Shown: one piece after another, positions 35,158 through 47,390 of the stretch
How positions within the stretch are numbered: position 1 is the first letter of the stretch
Layout: each line of letters begins with the position of its first letter
Source: Mobula hypostoma
Lineage: Eukaryota
Direction of reading: 5' to 3'
NCBI RefSeq assembly: GCF_963921235.1
Contig: NC_086097.1
Location: 255,194,001 to 255,258,000, forward strand
DNA: 64,000 nt
Program-made: the position numbers and the translations under genes
The notes under the pieces: model-generated
Seen by the model: the letters and a program-made list of their open reading frames with translations, nothing else
What the model was told of the DNA's origin: nothing
Databases searched by the model: none

Positions 35158-36107
35158 CTGAAAAACAGATACATTTTCATTTAATATATAGCATTACTGC
35201 AAGTATCCTATAAATAACCACACAATCTCACCCAAAATACCAACAAAACATACTGCAGTTGTGGAAGTAAGGTAAGGGTTAACATTATACCCAAGTAAGG
35301 ATAGAGTGCAGATGGAGAGCAGACAGGCCAGGCAGGAAAGGTCCTTGAAGAACATAGCTTTCCTTTGCACACCAGGGGTCTGGAGATGAGAAATGTGAGG
35401 GACACTCACCAACTAATGGACAATTGCTTTACTAACTTCAAAATATCATCAGTTGTCAGTGTACAGTTTCTATTGCATTACTAAATGTGTATTGTGAAAG
35501 GCAATTTACCTTGCAGTTTACCAATGGTCAATATCTGTTACTGCAACTCAGTTCTGCATAAAAATGGCATTTCTCTGTTCAGAGTTCAGAACAATGTGGT
35601 GACAGGGTCCGGGCTGTTCTCCTTGTACACAAATAAAATAAAGTATGTTTGAGTCATAAGTATTCATGTGTTTTGGGCCCAGTTATTTTATTAACTTTTA
35701 TTATTGGCGATGCTACAAACACTCAGCAGATCAGGCAGTGGCTGTGGAGGGTGACGGTGTTAGATTTTCAGATTGAGAAATCTGTTAGTGTCAGTACCTC
35801 CAGCTGAACTCTGTCTTTTTGTGTGTTTCCCCCTAGCTGTCAGTCTGTGGTTTTGTATTGCCATGTGCTCTTGTTTGTTTTCATGCCCCTTGTGCTCCTG
35901 TCCCTGCTCCTGTTCTACTCCAGCCCCTGTATTACCGAGTACTCTGTCTCTCACCTGTTTCTCATTATTACCTGTTTACCTGCCACTTGTGTCTCATTGT
36001 GCTTCACCTATCATCAGTGTATTTCAGTCCTGTGTTTTCACCTGTTTGATGCCAGGTTGTGCCAGTGAGTTTTCCTGGGCCTTTCCAGCATTTGTATCTG
36101 AACTCTG

Positions 36108-36343
36108 TGAAGCACCTTCAATAATTCCAAAAGACTGAAGTAGGGTAAATACTGAAAGGCTTTTATTCGCAGTACAATATGACCTCCATGCTGAGTGTCT
36201 GCCCCTGGTCTGGGGAGGAGGAGCAGGGCAAAATTGCCTTTATTCAGGGATCTGTGGAAGCAGCCACAGGGGCAGTCAGCAGAGGGGTGTGTCCAGACAG
36301 GTAACCCAGTTACAATGTGTATATATATATATAGTTTATCACA
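36108..36343 (-). mobile_element. Solo LTR (236 bp) nested in the Gypsy 5' LTR
   Basis: TG...CA ends, 5-bp TSD ctctg (36103-36107 / 36344-36348) and a minus-strand AATAAA at ~36162-36167. It is absent from the 3' LTR. Confidence 0.85.
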
Positions 36344-36722
36344 CTCTGTCTGTCTGAATATTGACTCTGTCTGTTTCCCGATTCTGGTTTTTGGATTTCT
36401 CTGGAATTTTTGATCTCTAACTGAATGTTGATGCTGACTTTGATTTGCTACTAAGTAAGTATCACTGTGCGCACAGTACTCGGTCTGTGATTGGGTCCCT
36501 GCTTCAGTGTCCTGACAGTACAATCTGGCCAGAATGGATCTAGCAGACCCCGGTTGTCTGAGAGCTGTCCTGGAACAACAGGGAGTGATGCTGGGGAGAC
36601 ACCAGAATCAGCTGGACTCTGTGTTCAGGGCAATGGAGTCGCTTTCTGCCAATGTAGCCGATCTTGTGGCCCAGACTCAGTCACTCCAGCTGTCCCAGAG
36701 CGCTCATCAACATTCTGCAACT

Positions 36723-36853
36723 CATAAACACTAAATACTCTGCAGATGCTGGGGTCAAAGCAACACTCACAACACGCTGGAGGAACTCAGCAGGTCGGGC
36801 AGCATCCGTGGAAATGATGTCAATGTTTCAGGCCGGAACCCTTCGTCAGGACT
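36723..36853 (-). mobile_element. PLE pseudo-LTR fragment with a hammerhead-like motif, inserted in gag
   Basis: Minus strand agtcctgacgaagggttccggcctgaaacattgac...ccagcatctgcagag. This is a variant PLE subfamily with an altered stem III/cleavage site. Confidence 0.75.
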
Positions 36854-39800
36854 GCATCTTCTGCCCCTCCCTCACTCCTCCAGTCCGAGAGATCTGTCTG
36901 CCTCCTCCAGAAAAGTGCTCAGGTGAGCCTGGTACCTGCTGCTCTTTTCTTTCCCAGTGCACCCTCATTTTTGAACTGCAACCAACAACATTTTTGACTG
37001 ATTGAGCCAAGGTGACCTACGTCATCACTGAACTGTCCGGTTGGGTGAGAGAATGGGGAACAGCCTTCTGGGAGGCAGGTTCACCTTTCTGCATTAGTTT
37101 TTAGTTATTTTCTGAGGAGATGAGAAAAGTGTTTGATTGCTCCAAACATGAGAGAGATGCTGCCCGTGAAATGCTGCACACGCACCAGGGGCGCAGATCT
37201 GTGTCAGATTACACCATAGAGTTCCGGATCCTAGCCACCTCCAGCGGCTGGAGCTCGAAGGCACAGTACGACACCTTCCTGAACGGCCTCTCAGAAGACA
37301 TCAAAGATGAGCTGGTCACCCAGGACCTTCCTGCCACCTTTGTAGCCCTGGTGGATTTGGCCATCCGTATTGATGTTCGCCTTCAGCAGTGCTGCAGAGA
37401 GAGGGGTTCCAGAGGGCCCCTGGGGGCACTGGTGATCTCCAAGCTCCTCATCAGTCTACATTGCCCTGCTGTTTGCCCCAATCTACAACTCCCGTTCCAG
37501 AGCCCAAGGCTATGCACATTAACCGTACCTGCCTGACACCGACTGAAAGACAAAGGTGAATCAGCACCCGCTCCTGTCTGTACTGTGGCCAGCTCTTTGT
37601 GAAGGCTGAGAAATGAGTTTCATTGCAATACGGTCTCCTTCCTGGGGTATGTAGGCGGTACCATTCAGATGGACCAGCGGTTCCATTCAGATGGACCAGC
37701 AGAAGGTTAAGGTGGTGGTCAAATGGCCCCAACCTTTGACTCATCGGGAGTTGCAACACCTCTTGGGCTTCGCTAACTTTTATCACCGCTTCATCAGAAA
37801 TTACAGTACACTGGCTGCACCACTCACTGCTCTTACCTCATCGGCTGTCAGATTCTCCTGGCCCCCTGCTCTGAAAAAGCACTCTCTGACCTGAAGGAAC
37901 GTTTCACCTCTGCTCCCATCCTGATTCAACCCGACACCGACCGGCAGTTCACTGTGGAGGTGGATGTGTCTGACATTGGCGTAGGAACTGTTCTCTCTCA
38001 GCGCTCGGACAAGGATGAGAAGGTACATCCCTGTACCACCTTCTCTCATCACCTCACTCCACTAGCAGAATTACGATGTTGGAAACCCAGAGCTGCTGGC
38101 TGTGAAGCTAGCTCTGGAGGAGTGGAGGCATTGGCTGGAGGGAGCCAAGGTGCCATTCTTAGTCTGGACTGATCACAAGAATCTGGAATATATCCGTATT
38201 GCCAAGCGTCTCAACTCCCATCAAGCTCGTTGGTCCCTGTTTTCTCAAGATTCAATTTTACTCTGTCCTTCCGCCCCAGTTCCAAGAATGGAAAACCTGA
38301 TGCCCTCTCCCAAAGATTTCCCTCCTCTGAGACCCCTGAGGTATGCGATGTCATCTTCCCTGCTCACTGTCTCGTGGATACAGTGCAATGGGGCATTGAA
38401 TCCATTGTGCAAGCTGCTCAACAGAGCGAGGCAGCCCCCGGTCAATACCCCACTAACCGTGTTTATGTTCCCAGCTCAGTCCGCTCACAGGTATTGCAGT
38501 GGGGTCATTCCTTCCAGTTATCCTGTCACCCTGGAACCAAGCATACTCAGGCCTTCATCAGTTGGCGGTTCTGGTGGCCCTCCATGGGAGATGACATCCA
38601 CAACTTCATCTCAGCCTGCTTGGTCTGTGCTCAAGGAAAGAACTCTAACCGGTCACCTGATGGTCTGTTACAACCTTTGTCTATCCCCAAGAGTCCCTGG
38701 TCCCACATTGCCCTGGATTTTGTCACCGGTCTTCCCCCATCAGATGCTAATACCACCATTCTCACAGTAGTTGATCGCTTCTCCAAGTCTGTTCACTTCA
38801 TTCCTTCACCTAAACTCCCCTTGGCCAAAGAAACAGCCAAATTACTAGTACTGCATGTTTTTAAATTACATGGTTTACCTGTAGATGTTGTGTCAGACAG
38901 GGGCTCTCAATTCACATCCAGCTTCTGGAGGGCATTCTGTAATCTTCTGGGTGCCTCCGTGAGTCTGTCTTCAGGATTGCACCCACAGACCAATGGCCAG
39001 ACTGAGCGGGCCAACCAACAGCTAGAGACAGTATTGCGGTGCCTGGTCTCCCAGAACCCCTCCGTGTGGAATCAGCAGCAACCCTGGGCCAAGTACGCCA
39101 TCAACTCTCATCTGTCCTCATCCACCGGTCTGTCCCCGTTTGAATACTGCCTTGGCTACCAACCTCCACTGTTTCCTGCCCAGGAGGAGGAGGTTGGCGT
39201 TCCATCCGCCGTTGTCAGCGGACGTGGAGGCGCACTTGCTCTGCCCTTCTCCGTGCCTCTGCTAGGATCGAGCATCAAGCTGACCGCCATCACTCCAAGG
39301 TCCCAAATTACCGCCAGGGACAGTGTGTGTGGCTTTCAACCCGAGACCTGCCCCTCAGGGTGGATTCCTGCAAGCTTGCCCCCCCTTCCCCATTGCTAAA
39401 GTCATCAGCCCTGCTGCCATCCGTCTCAAGCTCCCCTCCACTCTCTGCCACATTCATCCCACTTTCCATGTGTCCCGCATCAAGCCTTTCATGAGCCACA
39501 CCCTGTGTCCTGTCCCCAAATCCCCCCTTCCCCACAGCTCATCAATGGGTCAGAGGCCTTTACGGTGTGTCGACTGCTGAACGTTTGTCACCGGGGCCGT
39601 GGCCTCCAGTACCCTGTGGACTGAGAGGGCTACGGTCCTGAGGAGAGGTGCTGGATCCCCGCCTGTAACATCCTCCACCCCTCTCTCATCAGGAACTTTC
39701 ATCGCCAGCACCCAGTTCTACCTGCCATGATGTCAGCAGGTGTCCGTAGAGGGGAGGAGTACTGTCAGTACCTCCAATTGAACGGTCTTTTTGTGTATTT

Positions 39801-40319
39801 TCCCCCTAGCTATCAGTCTGTGGTTTTGTATTGCCATGTGCTCTTGTTTGTTTTAATGCCCCCTGTGTTCCTGTCCCTGCTCCTGCTCTACTCCAGCCCC
39901 TGTATTACCGAGTACTCTGTCTCTCACCTGTTTCTCATTATTACCTGTTTACCTGCCACTTGTGTCTCATTGTGCTCCACCTATTATCTGCCTCTCTGTT
40001 TATTGTCAGTGTATTTCAGTCCTGTGTTTTCAGCTGTTTGTTGTCAGATTGTGTTAGTGAATTTTCCTGAGCCTTTCCAGCATTCCTATCTAAACTCTGT
40101 ATGTCCGAATATCGACTCTGCCTGTTTCCCGATTCTGGTTTTTGGATTTCTCTGGAATTTTTGATCTCTGTCTGAACATTGATGCCGACTTTGTTTCCCC
40201 CTGGATTTGCTACTTGGTAAATATCACAGTGTGCACAGTACCTGGTCTGTAATTGGGTCCCTGCTTCAGTGTCCTGACGGTCAGAACTGGGAAAGGTGGG
40301 GGGGTGGGGGGAAGCAAGC

Positions 40320-41250
40320 TGGTTCAGAGTTGGGTAGGGAGGGATGGAGAATTACTTGAGTAGGGCAGGGGTGCATTATTGTGGCGATAACCATTTGACA
40401 AACCTGGTTGCTAAATTTATGGAAACAAAGAGATAGCTAAGGAAAAGGATCCAGTGCTTAAAACAAGATAACTAAGTGTTATCTCATTCTTCCTAGAAAG
40501 CTGCAATAGGACCAGGCAGAATGTGCAATTCATTTCCACTTTAAATTGCAGGAGGCCACAGACAGATAAATCAAAAGAGAAGTGAGATTGACAATGTCCA
40601 GATGAAGGGTCTTGCCCTGAAACTCCAGCTGTCCACTTCCTTCCTTGGATAAACACAATAGTTTCTGTAGAAGCTGGAAACCTAGGGCAACACACTCAAA
40701 ATGCTGGAGGAACTCTGCAGGCCAGACAGCATCTACAGTATGGAGATAAATAAACAGCCAACATTTCTGTCCTGATTATACCACTGGCTGGCACAGTAGC
40801 ATTAGAACTGGACTTTGAAGTGAATGGGTCCCAGGTTCAAATCCAGTAGGTTCCTTGTACACTATCCACCCATGCTGGGTTGAGGGTTGAGCATTGAGCC
40901 AGCAACTTGACCTTGTAAAAGATAGTCAAGTGTTATGGAAACACTAAAATGGCGCCCAACGCACCACAATGTGTGAAAGGGAAAGAGAAAATTTCAGTCG
41001 TGATGAAGGGTCTTGGCTCAGTCAACTGTTCATTACCCACCATAGATACTCCCTCATTGCTGAGTTCCTGCAGCATTTTGTCTGTTCCTTAGATTCTGTC
41101 TGACTCACTGAGTTGGTCCAGTTTTGTTGTGTGCTTCTGGAGAATTACAGTGATTGGGATCTGGAAGTTTATAGGTGCCTATACAGCAGAACTCAAATGC
41201 TTCAAAAAGCATTCTCCCAATCTGCATTAGGTTTCTCCACTGCCTAAGGG
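40320..41250. mobile_element. Old PLE-derived remnants (degenerate hammerhead boxes at ~40600 and ~41000)
   Basis: gatgaagggtcttgccctgaaac and gtgatgaagggtcttggctc; inverted tgctggaggaactc / gagttcctgcagca motifs. Confidence 0.55.
40785..40980 (+). mobile_element. tRNA-derived SINE remnant
   Basis: A-box-like tggcacagtagc and B-box GGTTCAAATCC at 40834-40844. Confidence 0.5.
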
Positions 41251-41254
41251 ACCA

Positions 41255-42135
41255 TATAAGGTAGATGAACTTGTAGCAAGTTGCAGATTAACATGTATGT
41301 TGTTGTAGGCATCACTGAATCATGGCTAAAAGAAGTTTATACCTGGGAACTTAATGTCCAAGGATACACAGTGTATTGAAAGGACAGGCAGGAAGGGCAG
41401 AAGGGGGGGCGATGTTGCTTTGTTGGTAAAAACTGAAATCAAATAATCAGAAAGAGGAGATATGGGGTCAGAAGGTGTTAAATCATTGTAGATAGAGCTG
41501 AGGAATGAAAAAATGTAGAAAGACCCTAATGGGGGTTGTATACAGATCCCCAAACAGTAGTAAGGCTATGGTCTACAAATTACAACCAGAGTTAGAAAAT
41601 GCATGTCAAAACAGCAGTGTTACAATAGTCATTGGGGAGGGGGGGGAATTTCAATGTGCAGGTGGATTAGGTAAATCATGTTTGCGCTGGATTCTAGGAG
41701 GGGAAATTTCTAGAATGCCTATGAGATGGTCTTTTGGAGCGGCTTGTGGTTGAGCCCACTGGGGGATCAGCTACTTTGGACTGGGTATTGTGCAATGACC
41801 AGAATTGATCAGAGAACTTAAGGTAAATGACCCAATTGGGGCAAGTGCTCATAATGATTGAATTCACCCTGAAATTTAAGAAGGATGAGCTAAAATCAAA
41901 TGGATCAGTATTGGAGTGGAGTAAAGGGAATTACAGAGCTGTGAGAGGAGTTGGCCAGAATTCATTGGAAAAGAACACCGGCAGGGTTGATGGCAGAACA
42001 ACAATGGCTGGAATTTCTGGAAGCAATTCAGAAGGCACAGGGTGTACATCAGAAATAGGAAGAAGTATTCTAAAGGAAAGATAACACAATTGTGGCTAAC
42101 AAGAGAAGTCAAAGCCAACATTAGAAACAAAGATG
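41255..42135 (+). mobile_element. Degenerate CR1 endonuclease region
   Basis: gtaggcatcactgaatcatggc (GITESW) and LMGVVYRSPNS. Confidence 0.8.
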
Positions 42136-43088
42136 CACAGGTTGAGATGCAAACAAGGCAGCCATTGTTGGGAGTAAGTCAGTAGTGAGAGTAGGAGTGT
42201 CAGGCTTTGGCTCAAATGAGGCATCGACTTGAAAGACTCACTGGCTCTGGCTAAGCTTCTGGAAAGGTTCCTTTTTATTTCTATCATGGCTGATCCTTTT
42301 TTTAAAAAAAATCTCCTCCTCAACCCCAGTTCCCAGTCTTCTCCCTGTAACCTTTGATGCCATGTCCAATAAAGAACCTATCAATCTCTGCCTTAAATAC
42401 ACCCAATGACCTGGCCTCCACAGCAGCATGTGGCAACAAATTCAATACTTTTGGCTAAATAAACTTCTCTGCATCTGATTTGAAAGGGCACCCCTCTATC
42501 CTGAGGCTGTGCCCTCCTGTCCTAGACTCTCCCACCATGGGAAACATCCTTTCCACATCTACTCTGTTTAGGCCTTTCAACATTCGAAAGGTTTCAATGA
42601 GATCTCCCCATGCCCCCCCCACCCCCTGCTCAACCTTCTGAATTCCAGCGAGTACAGACCCAGAGCCATCAAATGTTCTTCGTATGATAAACCTTTCATT
42701 CCTGGAATCATCGTTGTGAACTGCCTCTGGGCCCTCTCCAATGCCAGCACGTCTTTTCTAAGATGAGGGGCCCAAAACTGTTCACAATACTCAAGGTGAG
42801 ACCTTACCAGTGGCTTAAAGCCTCAGCATCACATTTCTGCTCCTGCATTTGAGACCTCTTGAAACGAATGCTAACCTGCATTTGCCTTCCTCACCACCAA
42901 CTCAACCTGCAAGTTAACTTTGGGGAGTTCTGCACAAGGACTCCCAAGTCTGTGGGCATCTCAGATCCCTGGATTTTTTCCCTGTTTAGAAAATAGTCCA
43001 TGCATTTATGTCTACTACCAAAGTGCATCACCATGTATTTCCCAACATTTTATTTCATTTTATTTCAGAATCAGAATCGGATTTATTA

Positions 43089-43916
43089 TGTGACGAATAC
43101 ACATAGATAAGATGTTAGCTGTCCTGTGTGATCAGCAGTTGGTCTGCCACCTGTCTTCAAGAGAGAGATAAGGGACACAATGAAACAGCACCTGGAGATG
43201 TGTAGAGAGCTGTCTGGAGCGGCTCCCCCTTTGAACCCTGAGCTGTTTGAAGTGATGGACAGGCGATACCCCAGCAGGGGGATAAAAAGGGTCAGGTTCG
43301 CTAAGGCAGGACATATGCCACCCGAGGTAACGAGACCCTGGAAGCGGTACGCCTCTCATGAGTCGGTGGCAAGTATCAGACAATGGCCAGGGTGGAAAGG
43401 TATGATCAGCGGGAACCCGGTGTGTGTCTGCCCTTGCCTGGGTGCCGGGTTCACTGCAGAGGATTGACCGCATCTGGAGGAGGGGTCACAGTCGGTGACC
43501 TCAGGTGACATCACCAAGGACCTGCCCAAAAGCTGCTTGTGAGCCATATCGCCGGTCTGTGAGTGAAGCCGTGTCTGAATGATCAGTTGTTCCTGTTCCC
43601 TCTCTCTCTCTCTCTCCCCCCACGTTGTCCATCGCCATGGAAACGATTACTGCGAACTGAACTACTAAACTGGACTGAACTTTGAGTCACTTTGAAATTT
43701 GGTCATTTACCCCTAGACAGCGATAGAGCTTGATTGATGCTGTTATCTTAATTCTGTGCACGTGTGTTTATAATCGCTGAACTGTTGCATTTATTATCCT
43801 TTCGATTACTGTGTTGCTTGTTTCTTTAATAAAACTTTCTTAGTTCTAGTATTCCAGACTCCAGCTGAGTGATCCATTTCTGCTGGTTTGGCAACCCAGT
43901 TACGGGGTACGTAACA
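43089..43916 (+). mobile_element. Solo LTR (828 bp), Gypsy-like
   Basis: TGTGACG...CGTAACA termini, 4-bp TSD ATTA (43085-43088 / 43917-43920), TATA-like gataaaaa at ~43281 and AATAAA at ~43828. It is inserted in a (ctgatt)n-type LINE/SINE tail. Confidence 0.88.
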
Positions 43917-43979
43917 ATTATAACTGGCATGTGATGTGAAATTTGTTAATTTAGCAGCAGCAACTCAATGCAATACATA

Positions 43980-46900
43980 ATTGGCAAGTTTGCAGATGAC
44001 ACAAAGGTTGGTGGTGTTGTAGATAGTGTAGAGGACTGTCAAAGATTGCAGAGAGACATTGATACGATGCAGAAGTGGGCTGAGAAGTGGCAGATGGAGT
44101 TCAACCCAGAGAAGTGTGAGGTGGTATACTTCAGAAGGACAAACTCCAAGGAGAGTACAAAGTAAATGGCAGGATACTTGGTAGCGTGGAAGAGCAGAGG
44201 GATCTGGGGGTACATGTACACAGATCCCTGAAAATTGCCTCACAGGTGGATAGGGTAGTTAAGAAAGCTTATGGGATGTTAGCTTTCATAAGTCGAGGGA
44301 TAGAGTTTAAGAGTCGCGATGTAATGATGCAGCTCCATAAAACTCTGGTTAGGCCACAATTGGAGTACTGTGTCCAGTTCTGGTCACCTCACCATAGGAA
44401 GGATGTGGAAACATCGGAAAGGGTGCAGAGGAGATTTACCAGGATGCTGCCTGGTTTAGAGAGTATGCATTATGATCAGAGATTAAGGGAGGTAGGGCTT
44501 TACTCTTTGGAGAGAAGGAGGATGCCAGGAGAAATGATAGAGGTGTACAAGATAATAAGAGGAATAGATAGAGTGGATAGCCAGCGCCTCTTCCGCAGGG
44601 CACCACTGCTCAATAGAAGAGGACATAGCTTTAAGGTAAGGGGGGGTGGGAAGTTCAAGGGGGATATTAGAGAACCATAGAACCATACCATAGAAACTAC
44701 AGCACAGAAACAGGCCCTTTGGCCCTTCTTGGCTGTGCCGAACCACTTTCTGCCTAGTCCCACTGACCCGCACACGGACCATATCCCTCCATATACCTCC
44801 CATCCATGTATCTGTCCAATTTATTCTTAAATGTTAAAAAAGAACCCGCATTTACCACCTCGTCTAGCAGCTCATTCCATACTCCCACCACTCTCTGTGT
44901 GAAGAAGCCCCCACTAATGTTCCCTTTAAACTTTTCCCCCCTCACCCTTAACCCATGTCCTCTGGTTTTTTTCTCCCCTTGCCTCAGTGGAAAAAGCCTG
45001 CTTGCAATCACTCTATCTATATTCATCATAATTTTATATACCTCTATCAAATCTCCCTTCATTTTTCTACGCTCCAGGGAATAAAGTCCTAACCTATTCA
45101 ACCTTTCTCTGTAACCGAGTTTAAAGTCCTGGCAACATCCTTGTAAACCTTCTCTGCACTCTTTCAACCTTATTTATATCCTTCCTGTAATTTGGTGACC
45201 AAAACTGAACACAATACTCTAGATTCGGCCTCACCAATGCCTTGTACAACCTCATCATAACATTCCAGCTCTTATACTCAATACTTTGATTAATAAAGGC
45301 CAATGCACCAAAAGCTCTCTTTACGACCCTATCTACCTGTGACGCCACTTTTAGGGAATCTTGTATCTGTATTCCCAGATCCCTCTGTTCCACTGCACTC
45401 CTCAGTGCCTTACCATTAACCCTGTATGTTCTACCTTGGTTTGTCCTTCCAACATGCAATACCTCACACTTGTCAGTATTAAACTCCATCTGCCATTTTT
45501 CAGCCCATTTTTCCAGCTGGTCCAAGTCCCTCTGCAGGCTCTGAAAACCTTCCTCACTGTCTACTACACCTCCAATCTTTGTATCATCAGCAAACTTGCT
45601 GATTCAATTTACTACATTATCATCCAGATCATTGATATAGATGACAAATAACAATGGACCCAGCACTGATCCCTGTGGCACACCACTAGTCACAGGCCTC
45701 CACTCAGAGAAGCAATTCTCTACCACCACTCTCTGGCTTCTTCCATCGAGCCAATGTCTAATCCAATTTACCACCTCTCCATGTATACCTAGCAACTGAA
45801 TTTTCCTAACTAACCTCCCATGCGGGACCTTGTCAGAGGCCTTACTGAAATCCATGTAGACAATATCCACTGCTTTCCCTTCATCAACTTTCCTGGTAAC
45901 CTCCTCAAAAAACTCCAACAGATTGGTCAAACATGACCTACCACGCACAAAGCCATGTTGACTCTCCCTAATAAGCCCCTGTCTATCCAAATGCTTGTAG
46001 ATTCTGTCTCTTAGTACTCCCTCCAATAACTTACCTACTACTGACGTTAAACTCACCGGCCTATAATTTCCTGGATTACTTTTCGATCCTTTTTTAAACA
46101 ATGGAACAACATGAGCCACTCTCCAATCCTCCGGCACTTCACCCGTAGACAGCGACATTTTAATTATTTCTGCCAGGGCCCCAGCAATTTCAACACTAGT
46201 CTCCTTCAAGGTCCGAGGGAACACTCTGTCAGGTCCCGGGGATTTATCCACTTTAATTTTCCTGAAGACAGCAATCACTTCCTCCTTTTCAATCTGTACA
46301 GTTTCCATAGTCTCACTACTTGATTCCCTCAATTCCATAGATTTCATGCCGGCTTCCTTAGTAAATACAGACGCAAAAAACCTATTTAAGATCTGCCCCA
46401 TTTCATTTAGTTCCGCACAAAGCCGACCACTCTGATCTTCAAGGGGACCAATTTTATCCCTTACAATCCTTTTGCTCTTAATATACTTGTAAAAGCTCTT
46501 TGGATTATCCTTCACTTTGACTGCCAAGGCAACCTCATGTCTTCTTTTTGCCCTCCTGATTTCTTTCTTAAGTATTTTCTTGCACTTCTTATACTCCTCA
46601 AGCACCTGATTTACCCCCTGTTTCCTATACATTTCATACAACTCCCTCTTCTTCTTTATCAGAGTTGCAATATCCCTTGAGAACCAAGGTTCCTTATTCC
46701 TATTCAATTTGCCTTTAATCCTGACAGGAGCATACAAACTCTGCACTCTCAAAATTTCCCCTTTGAAGGCTTCCCACCCACCAATCACATCTTTGCCAGA
46801 GAACAACCTGTCCCAATCCACGCTTTTTAGATCCTTTCTCATTTCTTCAAATTTGGCCTTCTTCCAGTTCAGAACCTCAACCCTAGGACCAGATCTATCC

Positions 46901-47390
46901 TTGTCCAATATCAAATTGAAACTAATGGGGTTATGATCACTGGAACCAAAGTGCTCCCCTACACAGACTTCTGTCACTTGCCCTAATTCGTTTCCTAACG
47001 GGAGATCCAATATTGCATCCCCTCTAGTTGGTCCCTCTATATACTGATTTAGAAAACTTTCCTGAACACGTTTTACAAACTCTAAACCATCTAGACCCCT
47101 AACAGTATGGGAGTCCCAATCAATGTATGGAAAATTAAAATCCCCTACCACTACAACTTTATGTTTCCTGCAGAGGAAGGAGTTTTACTCAGAGATTGGT
47201 TGGTGCGTGGAATGCACTGCCTGAGTCAGTGGTGGAGGCAGATACACCAGTGAAGTTTAAGAGACTGCTAGACAGGTATATGGAGGAATTTATGGTGGGG
47301 GGTTATATGGGAGGCAGGGTTTGAGGGTTGGCACAACATTGTGGGCCAAGGGGCCTGTAATGTGCTGTACTATTCTATGTTCTATGTTCT
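43980..47390 (+). mobile_element. CR1 (family B) 3' part (43980-44672 and 47170-47390) split by CR1-C
   Basis: GKFADDTKVGG...GDIR; the sequence resumes as agaggaagg...actcagaga and ends in a (ttctatg)n tail. Confidence 0.9.
44672..47172 (-). mobile_element. Young CR1 (family C) ORF2
   Basis: 515-aa ORF 45604-47151 plus downstream pieces; (ttctatgg)n tail. Confidence 0.95.

Larger units (their letters stand above)
35789..40279 (+). mobile_element. Ty3/Gypsy chromovirus-type (Sushi-like) LTR retrotransposon, internally deleted
   Basis: LTRs at 35789-36517 (TGTCAG...CTGACA) and 39763-40279; TSD gttag/gtcag; PPT agaggggaggag at 39748-39759. Contains gag (QGRRSVSDYTIEFR, CLYCG), RNase H ([17 protein letters not shown]), integrase ([24 protein letters not shown]) and a chromodomain ([12 protein letters not shown], ~39600-39660). 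Confidence 0.92.

Noticed and set aside
35773..36138. Cys/Leu-rich hydrophobic ORFs (also 39727-40164) resembling membrane or env peptides
   Set aside because: They lie within the pyrimidine-rich LTRs and arise from low-complexity composition.
38230..39399. Domesticated integrase or RTL-like host gene
   Set aside because: It is flanked by LTRs and a TSD, and the surrounding gag/pol has stops, frameshifts and insertions.
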